10,800 bases of DNA, taken from assembly GCA_034722055.1 (NCBI GenBank), contig JAYENL010000104.1, forward strand, positions 1 to 10,800. Direction: 5' to 3'. The stretch is from Armatimonadota bacterium (lineage in GTDB: Bacteria > Armatimonadota > Zipacnadia > Zipacnadales > UBA5352). This document shows, piece after piece, positions 5,449-10,800 of this stretch (the first letter of the stretch is position 1; each line of letters begins with the position of its first letter). The notes below the pieces were generated by a model. That model worked only from the letters and a program-made list of their open reading frames with translations. It had not been told where the DNA came from and ran no database searches. The position numbers and the translations under genes are program-made.

Positions 5449-7917
5449 ATGCCCCGAACTCAAGGCATCATCATCTGCTGCGTCATGGCAATGCTGGCGG
5501 CGGCCGGCGCCGCGGCCCAGGAGCCATGCAACCTCGCCTTCGATCGCGTGGGCCGGGACTGGGTGTCCAGCCCCATCGATGAGAACACCGGCCAGCTTTC
5601 GGTCCTCGGCCACGATGAGGGCCGCCACGCTCAGGCCCTGAAGGTGCCGGGCAGGTTGCCGAAGTCGATAGGGGTGACCTACTACCCCTGGCGGGACTGG
5701 ACCGGCTACACCACGCTCAGCTTCGAGATCTTCGTGCCCCCGGAGATGCCCGATGTCGCCGACCTGCAGGTCTACATCAAGGACCGGCACTACTGGTGGT
5801 ATCAGACCTTCCCGCTGCACGAAGCCGGGCCCGCGACCTCCGACCCGGAGCGGCGGCCGATGCCGGTCGGGGAGTGGGCGCGCTTCCAGCTCGACATCTC
5901 CGAGGACAGCGCGATCTGGGAGCCGGGCGGCCACGAGAAGGCCTGGCACCGGATCCTGCACCGGCCGCGGGAGTTCGGCATCCGCATCTTCTGCGACAAG
6001 TCCTTCGATGGCTGGGTGCTGCTGGACAACGTGCGGCTGAGCGGCTGGGAGCCGCCCCTGGGCCGCTTCGATCCGAACCAGGAGCCGAAGCTGCGGTGGG
6101 GCCTGGAGGTGGAGCTGTCGGCGGAGCAGGCGCCGGTATACGAGAAGGTGGAGGTGACCTTCGACCCGGGACGGGTCTACGAGAATCCCTACGATCCCGA
6201 GGTCGTGGACGTGCAGGGCCGGTTCCTCTCGCCGAGCGGCGAGGAGATCGCCGTGCCGGGCTTCTACTACCAGGACTACCGGCGCTCGCGGACCGAGGAG
6301 GGCTGGGAGAGGCTGGTGCCGGTGGGTGAGCCGTGCTGGAAGCTGCGCTTCTCGCCCACCGAGCAGGGCCATTGGCGCTTCTACGTCGCGGTTCGCGACG
6401 AGCTGGGCGAGCTGCGGTCGGAGGAGAAGAGCTTCCTGGCGACCCAGCCCCAGGACCCCCGCGGGCTGGTGCGCATCAGCGACGAGGACTCCATGTACTT
6501 CGAGTTCGACAACGGCGAGCTGTTCATCCCCTGGGGCATGAACATGCGGGACGGCGGCGACCATGCCGAGCGGCAGAAGGGAACCTACGCCTTCGACTAC
6601 TTCTTCCGCCGCTTCGAGGAGGAGGGGGTCAACTTCGTCCGCACGTGGATGTGCGCGTGGTGGGCGGGAGTCGAGTGGGATGAACAGTACCACTCCCGCT
6701 ACGACGGCGTTGGCCGCTACTCCATGTATAACGCCTGGCGGCTGGACTACCTCTTCGACCTGGCGAAGCAGCACGACATCTTCATCGAGCTGACCCTCAA
6801 CTCCCACGGGCAGCTCCGGCGCGACAAGTACGACGCGGAGTGGCGCTACAACCCCTGGGCGGCACGCAACGGGGGCTACATCCCCAGCCCATCGATGTTC
6901 TTTACCAACCAGCAGGCGAAGGAGGACTTCCGCAAGCGCTACCGCTACATCGTGGCGCGATGGGGCTACAGCCAGCATCTGATGTCCTACGACCTGTGGA
7001 ACGAGATCGACCTCTCGGAGGGCTGCGACGCCGGCGAGATCGCCACCTGGCACGCCGAGATGGCCGACTACCTGCGCTCCATCGACCCCTGGGACCACCT
7101 CATCACCACACACGTGTGCCTCTATGACCAGTTCGGGGACGCGCTCTGGCGGCTGCCGCAGATCGAGTACATCCAGGCCGACGCCTACTGGATGGACAGG
7201 GACAGCAACTGGCACGGGAGGGTCAATGCCTGGTTCATGCCTCGCGCGCACTACCGCAACAAGCCGATGCTGTTCATCGAGTACGGACCGAAGTACCCCG
7301 ATGTCGCCGCCTACGAGGAGAGACACGGGCCCTATCCCGAGGAGATCTGGCGCCGAGACTGGCGGGTGGTGGGCTGGATGGGGAACATGATGCCGATGGC
7401 CTGCCCCCCGATTTGGTGGTACCATCAGGAGTGGGACGAGCTGGAGCTCTACGAGCTGCAGCAGGCCATGATGCGCTTCAATGGGGACCTGGACCCCAGG
7501 GGGCTGGGTCTGCGCAACATCCCCATCAGCATCGACGAGGGATCTGCGGCGGACAGTGAGGAGACCCAGACTGAAGCGCGCACCCGCACCGGGCGCGGCC
7601 GTCCCGGCGGGGAGAAGCAGCGGCACCTCTTCGGCCAGGCCAAGGCAGGCATTGGTATCGCCATGTTCTACGTCTATCACTGGGAGAACATGAGCTACGC
7701 GACCGCCGACGAGGTGCCCGCGGAGAAGCGTGTGACGGGGGCATCGGTGGAGCTGGCGGGGCTGGATGACGGGGCGTGGCGGCTGCAGTGGTGGGACACA
7801 TGCAGCGGGGAGGTCATCGGCGAGGAGGAGATCGAGGTAACGAATGAGCGCGCCAGCATCGAGCTGCCGGAGTTTGCACAGGACCTGGCCGCCAAGCTGA
7901 TCGCCACGGAGCAGTGA
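5449..7917 (+). CDS. Secreted DUF5060-domain protein, clan GH-A (GH5-like) glycoside hydrolase, 822 aa
   Basis: Signal peptide ending AGAAA-QE and an N-terminal CBM-like beta-sandwich (...FEIFVP...LLDNVRL). DUF5060-like segment YENPYDPEVVDVQGRFLSPSG...GFY...WKLRFSP. Barrel motifs GVNFVRTW, RYIVARWGYS, LWNE (acid/base) and KPMLFIEYG (nucleophile). C-terminal beta domain. Confidence 0.85.
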   Translation: MPRTQGIIICCVMAMLAAAGAAAQEPCNLAFDRVGRDWVSSPIDENTGQLSVLGHDEGRHAQALKVPGRLPKSIGVTYYPWRDWTGYTTLSFEIFVPPEMPDVADLQVYIKDRHYWWYQTFPLHEAGPATSDPERRPMPVGEWARFQLDISEDSAIWEPGGHEKAWHRILHRPREFGIRIFCDKSFDGWVLLDNVRLSGWEPPLGRFDPNQEPKLRWGLEVELSAEQAPVYEKVEVTFDPGRVYENPYDPEVVDVQGRFLSPSGEEIAVPGFYYQDYRRSRTEEGWERLVPVGEPCWKLRFSPTEQGHWRFYVAVRDELGELRSEEKSFLATQPQDPRGLVRISDEDSMYFEFDNGELFIPWGMNMRDGGDHAERQKGTYAFDYFFRRFEEEGVNFVRTWMCAWWAGVEWDEQYHSRYDGVGRYSMYNAWRLDYLFDLAKQHDIFIELTLNSHGQLRRDKYDAEWRYNPWAARNGGYIPSPSMFFTNQQAKEDFRKRYRYIVARWGYSQHLMSYDLWNEIDLSEGCDAGEIATWHAEMADYLRSIDPWDHLITTHVCLYDQFGDALWRLPQIEYIQADAYWMDRDSNWHGRVNAWFMPRAHYRNKPMLFIEYGPKYPDVAAYEERHGPYPEEIWRRDWRVVGWMGNMMPMACPPIWWYHQEWDELELYELQQAMMRFNGDLDPRGLGLRNIPISIDEGSAADSEETQTEARTRTGRGRPGGEKQRHLFGQAKAGIGIAMFYVYHWENMSYATADEVPAEKRVTGASVELAGLDDGAWRLQWWDTCSGEVIGEEEIEVTNERASIELPEFAQDLAAKLIATEQ

Positions 7918-7950
7918 TCCCACATCTCCCGAGGCCCGGGGAGGGTGCCG

Positions 7951-8778
7951 ATGAGCCAGTACACCGTCGTGGTAGCGATCGCGAATCCCGATAACGTCCC
8001 GAACCTCATGCGCATCGCGTGCATGATGGCCTGCGAGTTCGACGGGCGGGTCGTGGCCGTGACGGTGGTGGAGATGGAAAGCGAGGCCCCGGATCCCAGT
8101 TCGACAGCTCACGACCGGATGAGCCAGGCGTATGACGTGCTGGAGATGGCCGAGAAGATGGCCGAGGGCTGTGACGCCGACTTCGACGGTCGGCTGGCGG
8201 TGGGCCGGAAGGTGGCCGAGGTCCTCGACGATGTCGCGGACGCGGAGGACGCCAAGCTGATAGTGGTAGGCTACTCCGAGCGGCTACACCCCCGCGACGA
8301 CGCGGAGTTCGAGCGCCTCATAGATGAGATCGCGGCCCATGCGCCCTGCAACCTCGCGGTCGCGCGCTTCCATGGCGAGGTACGATTCGGGCGAGTGCTG
8401 GTACCGGTACGAACCCGGCTGAACCTGGACGTGCGGCGGGACTTCGTGACCGCCATGCACAACCAGCACGGCGCGACAGTGGACGTGGTTCACTTCGCCT
8501 CCAGCCAGGCCGAGGTGGAGCACATGCGCGACGAGTTGGAGGACTGGCTTGTCGAGCGGGGAGTCTACGACTGGGTGAATCTGCGAGTGGACGTGGCCGA
8601 GCAGCCCGCGGAGGCCATCGTGGCGGCAAGCTCAGAGTACGATGCCGTGGTCCTGGGCACGGCGCCGCTGCATGACGTGCGGCGGCGGTACTTCGGAGCG
8701 GTGTCGGAGTACGTCGCTGGCCACGCTCGCTGCTCCACCTTCCTGCTGCGCACTCACGACATCCGGCCAGGCACCTGA
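7951..8778 (+). CDS. Universal stress protein with two USP domains, about 275 aa
   Basis: VVVAIANP...LIVVG...APCNLAVAR, then RVLVPV...DAVVLG...FGAVSEYVAGHARCSTFLLR. GGAGG at 7940-7944 favours ATG 7951 over GTG 7945. Confidence 0.88.
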   Translation: MSQYTVVVAIANPDNVPNLMRIACMMACEFDGRVVAVTVVEMESEAPDPSSTAHDRMSQAYDVLEMAEKMAEGCDADFDGRLAVGRKVAEVLDDVADAEDAKLIVVGYSERLHPRDDAEFERLIDEIAAHAPCNLAVARFHGEVRFGRVLVPVRTRLNLDVRRDFVTAMHNQHGATVDVVHFASSQAEVEHMRDELEDWLVERGVYDWVNLRVDVAEQPAEAIVAASSEYDAVVLGTAPLHDVRRRYFGAVSEYVAGHARCSTFLLRTHDIRPGT

Positions 8779-8799
8779 GCGGAGAGCGTGAATGAAACG

Positions 8800-8832
8800 A
8801 GGCGCAGCCGGCGAGCAGCCGGCTGCGCTTTT
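8800..8832 (+). terminator. Intrinsic terminator between convergent genes, possibly bidirectional
   Basis: Perfect 11-bp stem GCGCAGCCGGC/GCCGGCTGCGC (8802-8828), followed by TTTT on the + strand and a weaker T-rich tail on the - strand. Confidence 0.75.
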
Positions 8833-8855
8833 ACCTGCAACCTGCTGCGCGGGCC

Positions 8856-9242
8856 TCAGGCGGCGTTGACCAGCCGCCCGATGGCGGACCTGATGATATT
8901 CAGGAAGTCCCCGTCCTTCTCGACGAAGAAGGCGCCGTAGTCGGCGACGCGGGCGACATCATCGGTGGCGTTGGCAAAGCCGCTGATCGCCACCACCGGC
9001 ATGTCCCGCCACAGCGGGTTGCTCCTCACCGCCTCCAGCACCTGCCACCCGTTGATGTCGGGCATGACAATATCAAGAACCATGGCATCGTAGGGGTCCC
9101 GATCGGCGGTAGCGCGGCAGAGCGCCTCCAGAGCGGTGCGCCCCCCGTCGGCGGTGTCAGTCTCGATGTCCGCCTCCTCAAGGCCCTGCGACAGCACCTC
9201 GCGCAGGGACGGGTCGTCATCAACGACCAGCACTCGCGGCAT
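8856..9242 (-). CDS. Single-domain response regulator (CheY-like receiver), 128 aa
   Basis: RVLVVDDD, phosphoacceptor in LDIVMPDING, PVVAISG and FFVEK. AGGAGGTG RBS. Confidence 0.9.
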   Translation of the reverse strand: MPRVLVVDDDPSLREVLSQGLEEADIETDTADGGRTALEALCRATADRDPYDAMVLDIVMPDINGWQVLEAVRSNPLWRDMPVVAISGFANATDDVARVADYGAFFVEKDGDFLNIIRSAIGRLVNAA

Positions 9243-9271
9243 TCACCCACCTCCTTTCAGACGCCGATCCC

Positions 9272-9736
9272 TCACCGTTTCCGGTAGTACTCAGCGATGG
9301 CCCGTTCCTCGCGCCGCTGTTCGTCGCGGCGCTTGAGAGCCTCTCGCTTCTCATACTCCCGCTTGCCCTTGCATATACCCAGCTCAACCTTAGCATACCC
9401 GCTGGGCGCGAAGTACATGCGAAGCGGGATGAGCGTCACACCCTTCTGCTGCACGTCGCGCTCCAGGCGCCGGATCTGGCGCTTGTGCAGGAGCAGCTTG
9501 CGGGGCCGCGTGGGATTCTGCCGGGTGTGGCGCCCGGCGTCGTAGCGTGCGATGTGCATGCTGTGCACCCACACCTCGCCGTCCTCCACCGAGGCATAGG
9601 CCTCAGCCAGGCTGACACGATGGGCCCGGACGGACTTGACCTCCGGCCCCGTGAGCACAATGCCCGCCTCGATTGTGTCCAGGATATGGTATTCGTGGCG
9701 GGCACGCCGATTTGTCGCGACAATCTCAATACCCAT
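9272..9736 (-). CDS. smpB: SsrA-binding protein SmpB, 154 aa
   Basis: ATNRRARHEY, EAGIVLTGPEVKS, RKLLLHK, GVTLIPLRMYF and GKREYEKR with a basic tail. The start MGIEIV is at 9736; the longer ORF runs through the promoter. Confidence 0.97.
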   Translation of the reverse strand: MGIEIVATNRRARHEYHILDTIEAGIVLTGPEVKSVRAHRVSLAEAYASVEDGEVWVHSMHIARYDAGRHTRQNPTRPRKLLLHKRQIRRLERDVQQKGVTLIPLRMYFAPSGYAKVELGICKGKREYEKREALKRRDEQRREERAIAEYYRKR

Positions 9737-9799
9737 GCCTGGTCGCAACCCCAAGACACACCACATGGGCGGCGTTGCGAGACCACCGCCCGTACGAAT

Positions 9800-9828
9800 A
9801 TGATAGGCTGTGGGGGACTGGGAGTCAA
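9800..9828 (-). promoter_or_regulatory. sigma70-type promoter of smpB
   Basis: TTGACT (9828-9823), 17-nt spacer, TATCAT (9805-9800). Each box is 5/6 consensus. Predicted start near 9793. Confidence 0.8.
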
Positions 9829-9863
9829 GCAACCAGCGGCCTCGCAGGGCCGGGAGGACCAAC

Positions 9864-10508
9864 ATGAACGGAAAGAGGCTCAGACGCGGCCTCTACTTCG
9901 CGGCGGACACCGGTGCGCTGAACCCGGAGCAGATCATGGCGGTGACGCGCGCAGCCCTCGAGGGCGGGGTCGTCCTGGTGCAGCTCCGGGCGAAGCACAC
10001 CCCCATCGCCGAGATGACAGAGCTCGCACGCGCCCTTGTGAGGCTCTGCGGCGAGTTCGACGTGCCCATGCTTGTCAACGACCTGCCGGCGGTGGCGGCG
10101 GAGGCCGGCGCGGCGGGCGTCCACGTGGGCCAGGAGGACGTGCCGGTCGCACAGGCGCGGCGGATGCTGGGCGAGGACGCCATCATCGGCGCCACCACCC
10201 CGACCGCGGAGGCCGTGCGGCGAGCGGAGGCGGAGGGTGCAGACTACGTCTCAGCCGGCCCCATGTTCCGCTCGCCGACCAAGCCCCACGAGCCCGTGGC
10301 GGGGCCGGCGCTGGCCCGGCGGCTGAGCACGGAGACCGACCTGCCGCTGTGCGTCATCGGTGGCATCACGGCGGACAACGTGGGCGAGCTGGCCGGCTGC
10401 GGCATCGACCTGGTCTGCGTCATCTCGGCCATCGCGACGGCCGAGCACCCTCGCGAGGCCACCGAGGAGCTGATCCGGGCCATGCGCGAGGCGGAGGTGG
10501 CATTGTAG
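9864..10508 (+). CDS. thiE: Thiamine phosphate synthase, 214 aa
   Basis: VQLRAK, LVND, GVHVGQED, GADYVSAGPMFRSPTK, IGGIT and VISAI. GGAGGA RBS at 9853-9858 before ATG 9864. Confidence 0.93.
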   Translation: MNGKRLRRGLYFAADTGALNPEQIMAVTRAALEGGVVLVQLRAKHTPIAEMTELARALVRLCGEFDVPMLVNDLPAVAAEAGAAGVHVGQEDVPVAQARRMLGEDAIIGATTPTAEAVRRAEAEGADYVSAGPMFRSPTKPHEPVAGPALARRLSTETDLPLCVIGGITADNVGELAGCGIDLVCVISAIATAEHPREATEELIRAMREAEVAL

Positions 10509-10568
10509 CCCCTGGTGTGCGTGCGCCGTTTGCGCATCGCGATTGCGAACGACTCCACGACAACGAAC

Positions 10569-10594
10569 GGGCGGGAGCGTAGTCCCGCCCCTCC
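10569..10594 (-). repeat. REP-like or terminator-like hairpin downstream of thiE
   Basis: 8-bp perfect stem GGGCGGGA/TCCCGCCC (10569-10590). The minus strand reads GGAGGGGCGGGA..., a variant of GTAGGGGCG-type REPs, and is followed by GTTCGTTGT. Confidence 0.5.
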
Positions 10595-10668
10595 AAACGA
10601 CTGGACAACGGCGCTGGCCTGCGCATGTCGCCCATCAGCCGCGCCTCAGCTTCCGATCTCCACTGCGT

Positions 10669-10800
10669 GTGTGCCGGGCATGTTCGACAGTCGGGAGGTG
10701 CAAGTCCTCTACCCAGCCAGATGGAGGCGAAGGGTGAGCGAAGCGCAGGGGCGGCATCGGGAGGTGTCGTCTGAAGGAAGCGTGGAGCGACAGCCGCGAC
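10669..10800 (+). mobile_element. Group II intron, 5' end (part of domain I), truncated by the window edge
   Basis: Starts GTGTGCCGGGCATG (GUGYG 5' splice consensus). It continues with CAGTC, a hairpin with GGTGCAAGTCC, AGCGAAGCGCAGGGG, a GNRA-capped stem CGGCATC-GGGA-GGTGTCG (10752-10769) and TCTGAAGGAAGC (10770-10781). The motif order matches the Oceanobacillus iheyensis IIC intron 5' region as I recall it. Confidence 0.85.

Noticed and set aside
5413..8112. 899-aa minus-strand ORF
   Set aside because: Antisense shadow of the DUF5060 gene caused by high-GC codon bias. It has no recognisable motifs.
9737..9863. TPP riboswitch upstream of thiE
   Set aside because: No CTGAGA or CTGAT...TAAT...GCGTAGG-type motifs. 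The gap is occupied by the smpB promoter and leader.
9864..10508. Functional link between thiE and the ThDP-dependent E1 alpha
   Set aside because: They are about 8.6 kb apart in different transcription units, with unrelated genes between.
9485..10582. 365-aa plus-strand ORF
   Set aside because: An alternative frame over thiE and antisense to smpB, with low-complexity Arg/Gly composition.
1..10800. CRISPR array or ssrA gene near smpB
   Set aside because: No regularly spaced repeat-spacer units and no tmRNA termini were seen.

Overview
GC-rich bacterial DNA with five parts. (1) A minus-strand acyl-chain cluster at 236-5194. It encodes a lipoyl + E3-binding-domain protein with no catalytic domain, a FabG-type reductase, an active FabF-type ketosynthase, a shortened Cys-to-Asp ketosynthase (chain-length-factor-like) and a ThDP-dependent dehydrogenase E1 alpha. 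No ACP or E1 beta is present in the window. (2) A divergent, probably secreted DUF5060/GH5-like glycoside hydrolase and a tandem universal stress protein. (3) smpB plus a single-domain response regulator on the minus strand, behind a near-consensus sigma70 promoter and a 5' UTR that can fold as an H-type pseudoknot. (4) thiE. (5) The 5' end of a group II intron at the right edge. The non-coding DNA is unusually structured. It holds two apparently related four-way-junction elements (27-169 and 3716-3801), REP-like hairpins, a heptamer tandem repeat and a GCCGTT hexamer concentrated in intergenic DNA. All family assignments come from motif recognition by eye; no searches were run.
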